Source: Candidatus Levyibacteriota bacterium (lineage in GTDB: Bacteria; Patescibacteriota; Microgenomatia; Levybacterales; UBA12049). From it: a stretch of 64,000 nucleotides of DNA. Shown piece by piece: positions 39,147 through 49,436 of the stretch. Every line of letters starts with the position of its first letter. The first letter of the stretch is position 1. Position numbers and translations under genes: made by a program. A model generated the notes under the pieces. It saw only the letters and a list, made by a program, of their open reading frames with translations. It searched no databases and had not been told where the DNA came from. The stretch spans positions 405,682 to 469,681 of the forward strand of contig PLZJ01000002.1 in NCBI GenBank assembly GCA_003152105.1, given 5' to 3'.

Positions 39147-40271
39147 ATGTTAGATACAAAGTCGAGGTTAAGATTTCTCCCAATTCATATTATCAATCCT
39201 TTAGCAAATAAAGAAAAAGCTCTCCATTCTGCTGAAGAGCTCGAATCACTTGTTGTGACATTTGGTGGAAATATTGTTTCTAGAGTTATGCAAAAACGAG
39301 AAAATCCAGATAATCAGACATATATCGGTAAAGGTAAAGTGCAAGAGGTATTAGAAATAGTTAAAGAGAATCGTGTTGACGTAGTAGTACTTAGCACGAT
39401 GGCAAAACCACGACAAATTCATGAACTAAAACTCTTACTTGAAAAAGCTAATCCTTTGATAGAAGTTTGGGATAGAACTGATTTAATTTTAAATATATTT
39501 GATAAACATGCATCAACTACTGAAGCAAAGCTTCAAATTGAACTTGCTCGAATGAGATATATGGGGCCGAGGATATACGGAATGGGTTATGTGCTTTCTA
39601 GACAAGGAGGAGGAGTTGGAACTTCAGGTATTGGAGAAACAAACACAGAACTTATGAAACGACATTGGAGAAATGAGATGAAAAAAATTACTAATCAATT
39701 GGAAAAAATAAGTAGCGATAAGCAAAATCAATTAAGCAGGAGAAAAAGAGCTGGTTTAAAAACGGTTTCGCTGGTCGGATATACAAATGCAGGGAAGAGT
39801 TCACTCTTTAATCTTTTAACTGGAAAAAAAACACTAGTTGAAAATGTTTTATTTGCGACGCTCGATAGTTCGGCTGGAAAAATATATATGCCAAAATTAC
39901 ATTCAGATGTTTTAATAACTGATACAATTGGTTTTATTCGTAACTTATCCACACAGCTTGTTAATGCATTTAAATCAACGCTTATGGAATCGTTACATGC
40001 AGATCTATTACTTCATGTAATAGATGTATCAGATCCAGAAGTAGATGACAAAATTCATGTTGTAACAAGTATTTTAGAAGATTTGGGCAGAAATAATGAT
40101 AGCGTAGTATATGTGTTTAATAAATGCGATTTTGTAAGTCAGGAAGCCAAAGATTTGTTAAAAGAAAAATATAGTCAAAATAGCCCATTATTTATTTCGG
40201 TTAAAACAAAAGATGGAATCATTGAGCTTGAGAACGTAATTTCGGATAGATTACTTTCGACTAGTTACTAA
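39147..40271 (+). CDS. hflX: GTPase HflX
   Basis: GYTNAGKS, LFATLD, DTIGF, NKCD, EAKLQIELA. Confidence 0.95.
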   Translation: MLDTKSRLRFLPIHIINPLANKEKALHSAEELESLVVTFGGNIVSRVMQKRENPDNQTYIGKGKVQEVLEIVKENRVDVVVLSTMAKPRQIHELKLLLEKANPLIEVWDRTDLILNIFDKHASTTEAKLQIELARMRYMGPRIYGMGYVLSRQGGGVGTSGIGETNTELMKRHWRNEMKKITNQLEKISSDKQNQLSRRKRAGLKTVSLVGYTNAGKSSLFNLLTGKKTLVENVLFATLDSSAGKIYMPKLHSDVLITDTIGFIRNLSTQLVNAFKSTLMESLHADLLLHVIDVSDPEVDDKIHVVTSILEDLGRNNDSVVYVFNKCDFVSQEAKDLLKEKYSQNSPLFISVKTKDGIIELENVISDRLLSTSY

Positions 40272-40293
40272 TATAGCTTTTGAGGAAGGAAGT

Positions 40294-40725
40294 TTATTCT
40301 TTAGCAACAAACCAATTATTACCAATTCCCTCTCCGTTTGTGTCTCCGGATTTTTGGTCGCCGCTGTAGTAGTATAATGGTTTTGCTTTATACGCGTATT
40401 GAAATTGCCCATCGCTGCGTTTAAATATTGTAATATTTCTAAGTAGTTTTGCATGTTGCGTCGCAATATATGCCGGCCAAATTTTTAAACATGTATTTGT
40501 ACATCGACTGACATCCTCACTGTCTTTGGTAAACGTATAGAGACTAAATCCTTTAGTGTCTGTTATAAAACTACCTAAGGTTGAGTTTTTTTGCACGTTT
40601 ATTGCATTGCTTTGGGTTGGATTTGTTGTCCCTGTTTGTTTTTTATTTTGTAACCATGTAATAGAAAAATAACCAACGATTACAACAAGAACGCCAAGCA
40701 GTAACAAGAAATAGATTTTATTCAT
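40294..40725 (-). CDS. Secreted Y-x4-D repeat protein (Lipoprotein_15-like)
   Basis: LYTFTKD, C...C...WP, PLYYYSGD, G.G..W. Confidence 0.85.
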   Translation of the reverse strand: MNKIYFLLLLGVLVVIVGYFSITWLQNKKQTGTTNPTQSNAINVQKNSTLGSFITDTKGFSLYTFTKDSEDVSRCTNTCLKIWPAYIATQHAKLLRNITIFKRSDGQFQYAYKAKPLYYYSGDQKSGDTNGEGIGNNWFVAKE

Positions 40726-40831
40726 AGGAACTAACTTAACTATTACTAAGTTAGTTTAGTATGTGAAAGATTCTGTCGTCAAGTATGAAAGATTTTCTAT
40801 TGACAGCACAGTTTATAATGTAACATACTAA

Positions 40832-43800
40832 ATGAATACTATAGCAACAGATAGTAATTTTCTAATGCCAGAATTATTGTCGAATAATCAATCCATTATA
40901 AGCCGACAATTACACATACTCATTAAAAAATGGAGTAATTTTTACTCAGCGCAGTCTACGCTTACAAGAACTGGGCTTGTGGCAATTGCACTAATCGCAG
41001 TTTCATCTCCAATTTTTGCTGCTAATCTTTTAATACACGCAACTGCCGTTAGTTCTCAAAGAATTGAAGCAGAATCCGCAACTCTAACTGGATCTGCACA
41101 ACTTGTTCAAGACAGTAATGCTTCTGGGGGACAAGCACTTGGCTTGAACATGTCGTCTCTTTCTCCAACCCCTTCTTCTTCTCCAACGCTTACCCCAACA
41201 CCTACCAGTACGCCTGTAACAGCAACCCCAACTCCATCTCCTTCTGGAGGACAACCACAACCATTGCCAATTATTTCACGAAATGTTCCTGTCTATGCAT
41301 CTTCTGCACAATATCCTGCTAGTCAAGTAAATGATAATAGTTTTGATACTGAATGGAGATCTAGCGGTCCAGCATGGATTGCATTTGATCTTTCATCTGT
41401 ACCAACTCAAAAGCGAGGAAAGGTTGATATTGTATGGTATGGGAATTGTTGTTCATATGATAATTCAATATCGGGAACAGGCGCATATAATCTTCCTGGT
41501 AGTTACACCATAGAAGCAAATGCAGCACCTGGGGGTTTAGGAAGTTCCCCTGCTTCAGGATGGGTGGTAATACAAACTGTTTCCAATAATACATATCATT
41601 CACGACAATTACTTACTGATTTAACAGGATATAACTGGATTCGAATGAATGTGAGCGCCGTAGATGGATCTTCGCAAAATGAAGATGTAGCAATAAATCT
41701 TGATATACATGATGTAAGTACTGCTGGGAATGATAATTGGATTTTTTACGGAGATTCAATAACCGAGGGTTCAATGGGACAATCCACTTTAAATGGAGTT
41801 TTATCGTTTCAGCAACTAATTAATGCACACAGTTCTGCAAATACTCCACTTGAGGAAAATGGGGGAATTGGGTATCAAACTACCTCATCTGCACTTTCTT
41901 ACTTACCAACACAGCTAGCCTTGTTCCCTGGTAAGTATGTTGGTTTGTCATATGGAACAAATGATGCACTGGGGGGAGTAGATCCGACAACGTTTTATAA
42001 TAATTATGTTTCACTTGTTAACCTAGTTTTGAATGCTGGGAAAATTCCTATTGTGCCAACAATTCCTTGGGGATGCACAAGTTCATTAACAACAAATGTA
42101 CCTATTTTAAATCAACAAATCGAAAACTTATACACTAACTTTCCACAAATCATCCATGGCCCGGATCTATACACCTATTTTCAAAATAACCAAAGTATGG
42201 TCAATCAGACAAGTTCAGATTGTATACATCCATCACCTTCAGTAGGGATGGGTGCATACAGACAGCAATGGGCAAATACCATGATAGCAGAAGTATATAG
42301 TGGTTCTGGAGTACCTACGCCCACACTTACATCTACGCCAACACCTACTCCAACCCTTGCTCCGACTACAGCTCCTTCAATTACACAAAGTCCACAACCT
42401 TCCTATACTGGCATATCTATTAGTGGTAATAAAATAGTAAACTCGTCAGGTCAACAGGTAATTTTACGTGGTGTAGATCGTTCAGGTTCAGAATATGCTT
42501 GCGAACAAGGGTGGGGAATATTTGATGGACCTTCAGATGACGCGTCTGTAAAGGCAATGAAAAGTTGGGGTATAAATGGAGTAAATGTTGGAATAAATGA
42601 AGATTGTTGGTTAGGAATAAATGGAGTAAATGCAGCATATGCAGGAGCAAATTACATTAGTGCAATTCAAACTTATGTTCAGACGCTTGAAAATAATAAT
42701 ATTTATCCGGTAATTGCGCTCTTTTGGGAAGCACCAGGATCAACGCTTGCAACAGGTCAAACCTCTATGCCAGATGCTGATCATGCTACCGCATTATGGC
42801 AATCTGTAGCTAACACGTTTAAAAATGATCCGCATGTCATTTTTAGGCTAAAGGAAGAACCATTTCCTAATAATAATTCTGACAGTACTGCTGCATGGCA
42901 ATGTTGGTTAAATGGTGGATCGTCCTGTAGTGAAGGCTATAATGTCGTTGGTATGCAGTCACTAATTACTACAATTAGAAATACTGGTGCAACAAATATA
43001 ATTCAAGTCCCCGGTATTGAATATGCAAATCAAATGGATCAGTTTTTAACATATAAACCAACTGATCCAAATAATAATGAAATGGCTGTTGTTGATGTGT
43101 ACCCAGACTTAAATCCTTGCGGCTCTACTGCTTGTTATGACAGTCAATATGCACCTATCATAGCGCAAATTCCTTTTATGGCTGGAGAGTTTGGAGAAAG
43201 CGTAAATGGGAATATCTGCGGAGTGACAAATTCTAACACATTTATGAATTGGATGGATCAGCATAATTCTGGCTACTTTGCGTGGACATGGGATACATGG
43301 GGCACAACTTGTGGCGATTTGTCTCTTATCACCGATTATTCAGGAACTCCAAAAACGCCAAATGGTACAAACTTTAAATCTCACCTGTCTTCACTAGGTC
43401 TTGCAAGCCTCGATAAGTCTCCTCTTAAAAATAACAACTTTGCGAGTAATTTTGTTCAAAATGCGTTTGCTCAGACAGTTTCTGCCACCTCAATATGGTC
43501 AGATGGCTATTATCCTGGGTGGCAACAGAGTGGATATCCTCCAAGTAGTATTCCATGGGATGCTATAACTGAACTTGATCAGTTTTCAGTAATGACTGGT
43601 AGTGCGGATAATGGATCAATAAACACTACTGCGCACTCACTAACCCCAGCATATATGAATGCAGCAGTTGCGGCTGCACATGCACACAATAAAAAAATTC
43701 TTATTACTATTGGTGGAGCTGATGATAATAATTGGACTTATGCTTGTAATGCAAGTAATAGAGCAACGTTTATCAGTAATCTTGTAGCGCTTGTTCCACA

Positions 43801-45760
43801 GTACGGATACGATGGTATTGATCTTGATATAGAACAATCAGTAAACGCTTCGGATTTATTAGCTTGTGTTTCAGGTATTAGATCTGCGCTAAATACTATT
43901 AATCCTAATTTAATCTTGAATGAAGCAGGAGATCCTGATTGGGAAGGACCAATGATTGCACCTGTTGCTTCTTACTTAAACCATATAAATCTCATGACTT
44001 ACAACGGTTCAGCTTCGACTCTTTCAACTGAAGTAGCAAAGTACACAAGTTTAGGTGTGCCTACAGATAAGCTTGGGGTTGGCATAGGACTTGAGCCACC
44101 TGAAGCAGATGTTTCTAATCCTTCAGATTGTGCAGCAAAAACAAATTATGCAATAAACAATGCATTAGGTGGCGTTATGGAATGGACAATACCTGATGAT
44201 TCTCTTGATAATAATGGTACTACTCCTTGCCTATCGCAAGTAGCAAGTATTCTTACTTCATTACCAACAGGAACTGGCATACCAAGTCCAACACAACCGC
44301 CTACACCTACTGATACGGGAATTCCAAGTCCAACAACAACTCCTTGTTCTGTAACTCCTCCTACTGGTACAGGAATGGCAACTTTAAACAATGTTTCTCT
44401 TGATGCCAGTGGAACATATTCTATTTTTACGAGAATGCAAGTACCAGCGCTTGGTAATTCATATTACTTACAAGTAGATAATGGGTGTGCACAAAAAATA
44501 GCCGATGTAAATAACATAAATACCTATGATTGGATTGCGAGTGGAACAGTTAACAATACCGTCGGTACGCCACATACGGTTGTTTTGTATGGAAATGAGG
44601 CAAATGTTTTGATAGATGAATTAATTTTTTCTCAAAATTGCTTACCAACTGGACTTGGTGATAATTGTATAAATGGAGTAACAGTAACGCCGACGCCAGT
44701 TTTACCAACAATTACTCCAACACCAACTACTGTTCCAACAAGTCAAACTCTTACTATTTATGACAATTCGGTTTCCACTAAATATTACGATGCACCATAT
44801 GGTGCTACAGTTCATAATGCATGTGATACTGCCAAATTTGTTTCATCTCCTTGCTCGTATAGCATTGCCACCTCAGCATGGGGTGCTGCTGATTTCCAAC
44901 CTGCTGGTTATGTTGGGATGAATTCTGCTGGATATAATTTGTTAACATTTGCGATTAATCCAAACGGACAACCATTATCTGATTTTGGAGTTGAAATGAC
45001 ATTTAATTCTGGGAGTACTGGAATTGTGTTGACAAATAACAATGCGCAGTTGCTATCTAATGGTTGGTATAAAGTTAGTATTCCTATGTCTCAACTTAAT
45101 CCTAACAATCTCCTATTTTATTCAATTCAATTTAAGAGTCAGATAAATGGTAATTTAAACACAGTGTATTATGACGATATACAATTAGTTGGAGTAACTC
45201 CTTCATCTACTCCTGTTCCAACCGTTACAGTAACACCAACGCAAATTCCAACAGTAACACCTCTACCAACAAATATTCCAACTGCAACGCCAACAATTAC
45301 TCCTTCTGGAAAAACATTAACTGTTTATACTAATTCAGTTTCCAGTAGTTTTATAAATGCACCTTATGGAGCAATATCCCATAATTCTTGTGACACCTCA
45401 ACTTTTGTTTCATCTCCTTGCTCGTATAGCATTGCTACCTCAGCATGGGGTGCTGCTGATTTCCAACCTGCAGGCTACAAACCATTAAGCACTTCGGGGT
45501 ACGGGGTATTACATTTTGAGATTAATCCAAACGGACAACCATTATCTGATTTTGCAGCAAGTATGACATTTTCATCTGGAAACAAACAGGTGATCTTATC
45601 CTTGAATAATGCAAGTAGCCTCTCAAATGGGTGGTACGCGGTAACTATTCCGCTCTCTCAACTTAATCCCAAAAACCAAGCAATTTCTTCAATTCAATTT
45701 AAGAGTCAGATAAATGGTAATTTAAACACAGTGTATTATGACGATATTAAGCTTCAGTAA
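40832..45760 (+). CDS. Membrane-anchored multi-catalytic CAZyme: discoidin/CBM32-like, SGNH esterase, GH5, GH18 and CBM-like modules
   Basis: GDS..G..GTND..DCIH (SGNH); GVDRSGSEYAC, EEP, GEFG, AWTW (GH5); DGIDLDIE, LMTY, GVMEW (GH18); PT linkers; two C-terminal repeats. Confidence 0.85.
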   Translation: MNTIATDSNFLMPELLSNNQSIISRQLHILIKKWSNFYSAQSTLTRTGLVAIALIAVSSPIFAANLLIHATAVSSQRIEAESATLTGSAQLVQDSNASGGQALGLNMSSLSPTPSSSPTLTPTPTSTPVTATPTPSPSGGQPQPLPIISRNVPVYASSAQYPASQVNDNSFDTEWRSSGPAWIAFDLSSVPTQKRGKVDIVWYGNCCSYDNSISGTGAYNLPGSYTIEANAAPGGLGSSPASGWVVIQTVSNNTYHSRQLLTDLTGYNWIRMNVSAVDGSSQNEDVAINLDIHDVSTAGNDNWIFYGDSITEGSMGQSTLNGVLSFQQLINAHSSANTPLEENGGIGYQTTSSALSYLPTQLALFPGKYVGLSYGTNDALGGVDPTTFYNNYVSLVNLVLNAGKIPIVPTIPWGCTSSLTTNVPILNQQIENLYTNFPQIIHGPDLYTYFQNNQSMVNQTSSDCIHPSPSVGMGAYRQQWANTMIAEVYSGSGVPTPTLTSTPTPTPTLAPTTAPSITQSPQPSYTGISISGNKIVNSSGQQVILRGVDRSGSEYACEQGWGIFDGPSDDASVKAMKSWGINGVNVGINEDCWLGINGVNAAYAGANYISAIQTYVQTLENNNIYPVIALFWEAPGSTLATGQTSMPDADHATALWQSVANTFKNDPHVIFRLKEEPFPNNNSDSTAAWQCWLNGGSSCSEGYNVVGMQSLITTIRNTGATNIIQVPGIEYANQMDQFLTYKPTDPNNNEMAVVDVYPDLNPCGSTACYDSQYAPIIAQIPFMAGEFGESVNGNICGVTNSNTFMNWMDQHNSGYFAWTWDTWGTTCGDLSLITDYSGTPKTPNGTNFKSHLSSLGLASLDKSPLKNNNFASNFVQNAFAQTVSATSIWSDGYYPGWQQSGYPPSSIPWDAITELDQFSVMTGSADNGSINTTAHSLTPAYMNAAVAAAHAHNKKILITIGGADDNNWTYACNASNRATFISNLVALVPQYGYDGIDLDIEQSVNASDLLACVSGIRSALNTINPNLILNEAGDPDWEGPMIAPVASYLNHINLMTYNGSASTLSTEVAKYTSLGVPTDKLGVGIGLEPPEADVSNPSDCAAKTNYAINNALGGVMEWTIPDDSLDNNGTTPCLSQVASILTSLPTGTGIPSPTQPPTPTDTGIPSPTTTPCSVTPPTGTGMATLNNVSLDASGTYSIFTRMQVPALGNSYYLQVDNGCAQKIADVNNINTYDWIASGTVNNTVGTPHTVVLYGNEANVLIDELIFSQNCLPTGLGDNCINGVTVTPTPVLPTITPTPTTVPTSQTLTIYDNSVSTKYYDAPYGATVHNACDTAKFVSSPCSYSIATSAWGAADFQPAGYVGMNSAGYNLLTFAINPNGQPLSDFGVEMTFNSGSTGIVLTNNNAQLLSNGWYKVSIPMSQLNPNNLLFYSIQFKSQINGNLNTVYYDDIQLVGVTPSSTPVPTVTVTPTQIPTVTPLPTNIPTATPTITPSGKTLTVYTNSVSSSFINAPYGAISHNSCDTSTFVSSPCSYSIATSAWGAADFQPAGYKPLSTSGYGVLHFEINPNGQPLSDFAASMTFSSGNKQVILSLNNASSLSNGWYAVTIPLSQLNPKNQAISSIQFKSQINGNLNTVYYDDIKLQ
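44744..45757 (+). repeat. Intragenic tandem duplication of a CBM-like module, period 567 nt
   Basis: Near-identical blocks 44837-44904/45404-45471 and 45121-45180/45688-45747. Confidence 0.9.
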
Positions 45761-45849
45761 ACTTGAGTTGTCCCATACGCAATATATAAGACGCAATTGC
45801 ATATTTTCATTGTAAGGATTACGTGCTATTATAGTGACGAAAGGAATTA

Positions 45850-46227
45850 ATGTTTAAAGATACGAAGGCTTTTTCAGGTTTTTCAGTTGACGATATAAAT
45901 AAGGCAAAAGATTTTTATGGTCAGACACTCGGAATTACAGTAACCGAAGAGCATGGCATGCTTCAGTTACATTTTGGTACGACAATAGTGTTAATCTATT
46001 CAAAACAAAACCATAATCCGGCAACATATACTATGCTTAACTTTCCAGTTACCAATATTGATCACGCAGTTGATGAACTCACAAAAAAAGGCATACAAAT
46101 GGAACATTACGAAAACATGACTGACGAAAAAGGGATCGCAAGAGGAATAAAAAAGCATATGGGGCCTGATATAGCTTGGTTTAAAGATCCTGCTGGGAAT
46201 ATAGTATCAGTTCTACAAGAAAGTTAA
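45850..46227 (+). CDS. VOC/glyoxalase family protein
   Basis: FSVDD...A..FY...[11 protein letters not shown]. Confidence 0.9.
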   Translation: MFKDTKAFSGFSVDDINKAKDFYGQTLGITVTEEHGMLQLHFGTTIVLIYSKQNHNPATYTMLNFPVTNIDHAVDELTKKGIQMEHYENMTDEKGIARGIKKHMGPDIAWFKDPAGNIVSVLQES

Positions 46228-46302
46228 TATATATAGACACAGAATGTGTCAATGTAGCAAGTAAACAAATAAGATCCTCAATTGTTATAAAATGTATTAA
46301 CT

Positions 46303-46812
46303 ATGTATAAATTACTACTGCATACGTGGAAGCGTTTATCTCTTGGCAAGACTTTTCAGATTACCATTCTACGATTTCTCAATGACCAATTCCTTATTGG
46401 TGTTACTGGCGTAATATTTAATGACAGTGAAGAAGTATTACTACTTAAGCATTCTTATCGTCGTGTTCCTTGGAGTTTACCAGGAGGATATTTAAAAGCA
46501 GGAGAGCATCCAAAAAGAGGATTGGAACGTGAAATAGCAGAGGAAACCAATTTTAAAGTTAAAGTAGAAAAAATAATTAAGACGGTTCACGATAAGGAGA
46601 CTGCAAGAATTGATATATGTTGTGTAGGGATATTTAAAAAGGGGACTTTTAAAAAAAGTGAAGAAGTAACTGAATTTGGTTTTTTCAATTTACATAAATT
46701 ACCACCACTTCTTGACGATCAATATAAGCAAATAGAAAGTGCAAACAAAAGGTGGAAAGATTTACATTCAAAGCCGTTATTTAAGCGAATTAGGAATATT
46801 TTCTCTTTTTAG
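46303..46812 (+). CDS. NUDIX hydrolase
   Basis: PGG....GE......REIAEET Nudix box. Confidence 0.9.
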   Translation: MYKLLLHTWKRLSLGKTFQITILRFLNDQFLIGVTGVIFNDSEEVLLLKHSYRRVPWSLPGGYLKAGEHPKRGLEREIAEETNFKVKVEKIIKTVHDKETARIDICCVGIFKKGTFKKSEEVTEFGFFNLHKLPPLLDDQYKQIESANKRWKDLHSKPLFKRIRNIFSF

Positions 46813-47086
46813 TTATATTAAAATTATTCTCATTATGTAAAGCATTTTTCATTTTGTGCGAAAGTTTTTTTAGCGCAATTTCTCTCAGTATCGCTTCTTT
46901 ATGGGTATGAAACTGCTCAAAGTAGTGTAGAGCTACCGGTCTTCTTGTTTTCGTATATTTTGCTCCTCCTTGAAGCTTTCCGTTGTGCTGAAGGAGGCGT
47001 TTTTCTATATTTATTGTTTTCCCCGTATAATAGGTTCCATCATTGCAACGAAGTAAGTAAGTGAAATACAATTTATTCTTTAACAT
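46790..47086 (-). CDS. GIY-YIG nuclease (YhbQ/UPF0213-like)
   Basis: YLLRC.DGTYYTG.T, RL.QHN, GAKYT, RE..LK. Confidence 0.9.
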   Translation of the reverse strand: MLKNKLYFTYLLRCNDGTYYTGKTINIEKRLLQHNGKLQGGAKYTKTRRPVALHYFEQFHTHKEAILREIALKKLSHKMKNALHNENNFNITKKRKYS

Positions 47087-47147
47087 CTAAGTGTAGTATA
47101 GCGGATTTATCTTTGCCACGAACAGGCACAATTATCCTATAGCAAAT

Positions 47148-47358
47148 TGACATTTGTTTTTGTTTGTGATATGATATCTACATCTTGCAGATAGTACGTT
47201 GGTACTTCTGCTTATATTTGATTAATTTTTTAGTAAAGATAAAGATACCCTAGTTTATTCATTATCCACTTGTATCTTCAACTTTTAGAAAATATCTTCA
47301 CTTCCTAAGCAGATATATAAACGTAGTATTCATTTAATTTTTAAGGAAGGAGGAATAT
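47148..47358 (+). promoter_or_regulatory. Sigma70 promoter and about 175-nt structured 5' leader
   Basis: TTGACA-17-TATGAT; several complementary segments; SD AGGAGG. Confidence 0.6.
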
Positions 47359-47616
47359 ATGACAAATAAATTATTTATAGGTAGTCTTGATTATACAACT
47401 ACTGACGCACAACTAGATGCACATTTTGCTACTCTTGGAAAAGTACTTTCAGCTAAAGTTATTATTGATCGTTATACTGGTCAAGGTAAAGGCTTTGGTT
47501 TTGTAGAAATGGAAACACCAGAACTCGCAAAAGAAGCAATGGATAAACTAAACGGAACACAACTTAACGGGAGATCAATTGTGGTAAAGGAAGCTAAACC
47601 ACAAGAAAGAACGTAA
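47359..47616 (+). CDS. RRM RNA-binding protein
   Basis: RNP2 LFIGSL and RNP1 KGFGFVEM. Confidence 0.94.
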   Translation: MTNKLFIGSLDYTTTDAQLDAHFATLGKVLSAKVIIDRYTGQGKGFGFVEMETPELAKEAMDKLNGTQLNGRSIVVKEAKPQERT

Positions 47617-47619
47617 AGT

Positions 47620-48822
47620 ATGCGTAATTTTAGATATAACAACCAGAATCGAGGAAATCGTGACGTGCCTTCATTTTCAAAAGGTCCACGATTTCATCGT
47701 GGTGGTCGAAAAATAGAAAAGAAACTTGACCCAAACCTTTTTATTAAAAAAGCAGATATAGAATCTGCGGCAGAGAGTGTAGAAATCACAGCTCGATTTT
47801 CTGACTATCAGCTAGAAGATAAAATAAAAAGAAATATTGAACTTCATGGTTATAGTATTCCTACCTCTATTCAGGAGAAATCAATACCGCAAATTCTTCA
47901 AGGGAGAGATATTATAGGAATCGCAAATACTGGTACTGGAAAAACCGCCGCATTTTTAATAACACTCATAAATAAAGCATTTTTAGATCGCAATCAAAGA
48001 ATTCTTATTGTTGTTCCTACACGGGAACTGGCAATTCAAATAAGAGATGAATTTAAGCTATTTGCCAAAGGAACTGAACTTGAATCTGTGGTGCTTGTTG
48101 GTGGAGCAAATATAAAAAGACAAGTAATGCAACTTAATCATAGACCAAATTTTGTAGTCGGAACTCCCGGAAGATTAAAAGATTTAATTGTTCGTCGTAA
48201 CTTAAATTTACAGCTCTACCAAAACATCGTTTTAGATGAGGTAGATAGAATGGTTGATATAGGATTTATTAAAGATATAAAATATCTAATATCCCTTTTA
48301 CCTAAAGTTCGTCAATCCTTATTTTTTTCAGCAACGGTAGATGGGAAAACACAAGAAGTCCTTTCTGGTTTTGTTACAAATCCAGTAACTGTTTCAGTAA
48401 AACAACAATCTACCGCAAAAAATATAGAACAGGACATAATACGAGTAAATGGGGGAAAAGCAAAAGTTGAAGTACTTCATGATTTGTTAATTCAACCAGG
48501 TTTTGAAAAAGTTATCATTTTTGGTAAAACAAAATGGGGCATTCAAAAATTAACTAATGAACTAATTAATAGAGGATTTAATGCTACCGCAATACACGGT
48601 AATAAAAGTCAAAACCAAAGACAAAGAGCACTTCAGCAGTTTAAAAGCAATGAAGTACAAGTATTACTAGCAACAGATGTTGCTTCACGAGGACTTGATA
48701 TTGAAGATGTAACGCATGTCATAAATTATGATGCGCCAACCTCATATGACGATTATGTACATAGAATTGGTCGAACAGGAAGAGCTGGTAAACAAGGAAT
48801 AGCACTAACTTTCGTTGATTAG
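47620..48822 (+). CDS. DEAD-box RNA helicase
   Basis: TGTGKT, PTRELA, DEVD, SAT, HRIGRTGR. Confidence 0.94.
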   Translation: MRNFRYNNQNRGNRDVPSFSKGPRFHRGGRKIEKKLDPNLFIKKADIESAAESVEITARFSDYQLEDKIKRNIELHGYSIPTSIQEKSIPQILQGRDIIGIANTGTGKTAAFLITLINKAFLDRNQRILIVVPTRELAIQIRDEFKLFAKGTELESVVLVGGANIKRQVMQLNHRPNFVVGTPGRLKDLIVRRNLNLQLYQNIVLDEVDRMVDIGFIKDIKYLISLLPKVRQSLFFSATVDGKTQEVLSGFVTNPVTVSVKQQSTAKNIEQDIIRVNGGKAKVEVLHDLLIQPGFEKVIIFGKTKWGIQKLTNELINRGFNATAIHGNKSQNQRQRALQQFKSNEVQVLLATDVASRGLDIEDVTHVINYDAPTSYDDYVHRIGRTGRAGKQGIALTFVD

Positions 48823-48838
48823 TTTCCTCATCTAATTG

Positions 48839-49276
48839 CTATTGTGGATAATAAAAGGCGGGTTCCGCATCACGAGCATTTGCCTGAATTACTCTTTGAG
48901 AAACGATTAGATCTTTTTTACTTTGTTCAGAAAATAATAATTTCGTCGTTTGTTTAAATGAAAACCATTCCATAAAAGCGTCTTTCTTTTCCAACTTTGC
49001 GTTTTCTTTAGCTTTAATATGTGCGTAAAAAATATATGCAGTACAATTCATCTCCTTCTTATAGTAATCATATACAGGAAATATTGCATCAAGAGCAATT
49101 TTGGTTTGCAGTTGTTCGAAAACTGCTTTTTGAAAAACAGCTATTGGAGATTCACTGTTTAGGCCTTTTTGTCCAAACAACGTCCATGAGGGCTTTATAG
49201 GAGATTTTTGTTGCAAGAGAATTTGTTGGTACGGTAAATAATAAAGAAATCCGCTCGCATAAAATGATTTATGCAT
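48839..49276 (-). CDS. Degenerate NUDIX-fold protein
   Basis: ASGFLY, ILLQQ, W.LFG; Nudix box eroded; start at ATG 49276. Confidence 0.5.
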   Translation of the reverse strand: MHKSFYASGFLYYLPYQQILLQQKSPIKPSWTLFGQKGLNSESPIAVFQKAVFEQLQTKIALDAIFPVYDYYKKEMNCTAYIFYAHIKAKENAKLEKKDAFMEWFSFKQTTKLLFSEQSKKDLIVSQRVIQANARDAEPAFYYPQ

Positions 49277-49436
49277 TATATCTATTATACTCTTTACGTT
49301 ACTACTTTGTACGCTCAATATATAGGTGAAAAAAATAATATGTGCTTATTAAGTAGTATTTAGTCAAACTTTTTTATTGAAATTACTGGAAAATCACTTA
49401 CGTTTGATCTATACTCATTATGTTTTCCACTTACAT

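Noticed and set aside
44744-45757. DGR template/variable repeat pair
   Set aside because: Differences are not adenine-specific, both copies are coding, and there is no reverse transcriptase in the window
46790-47086. GIY-YIG as a homing endonuclease or intron marker
   Set aside because: Small stand-alone YhbQ type with no interrupted host gene
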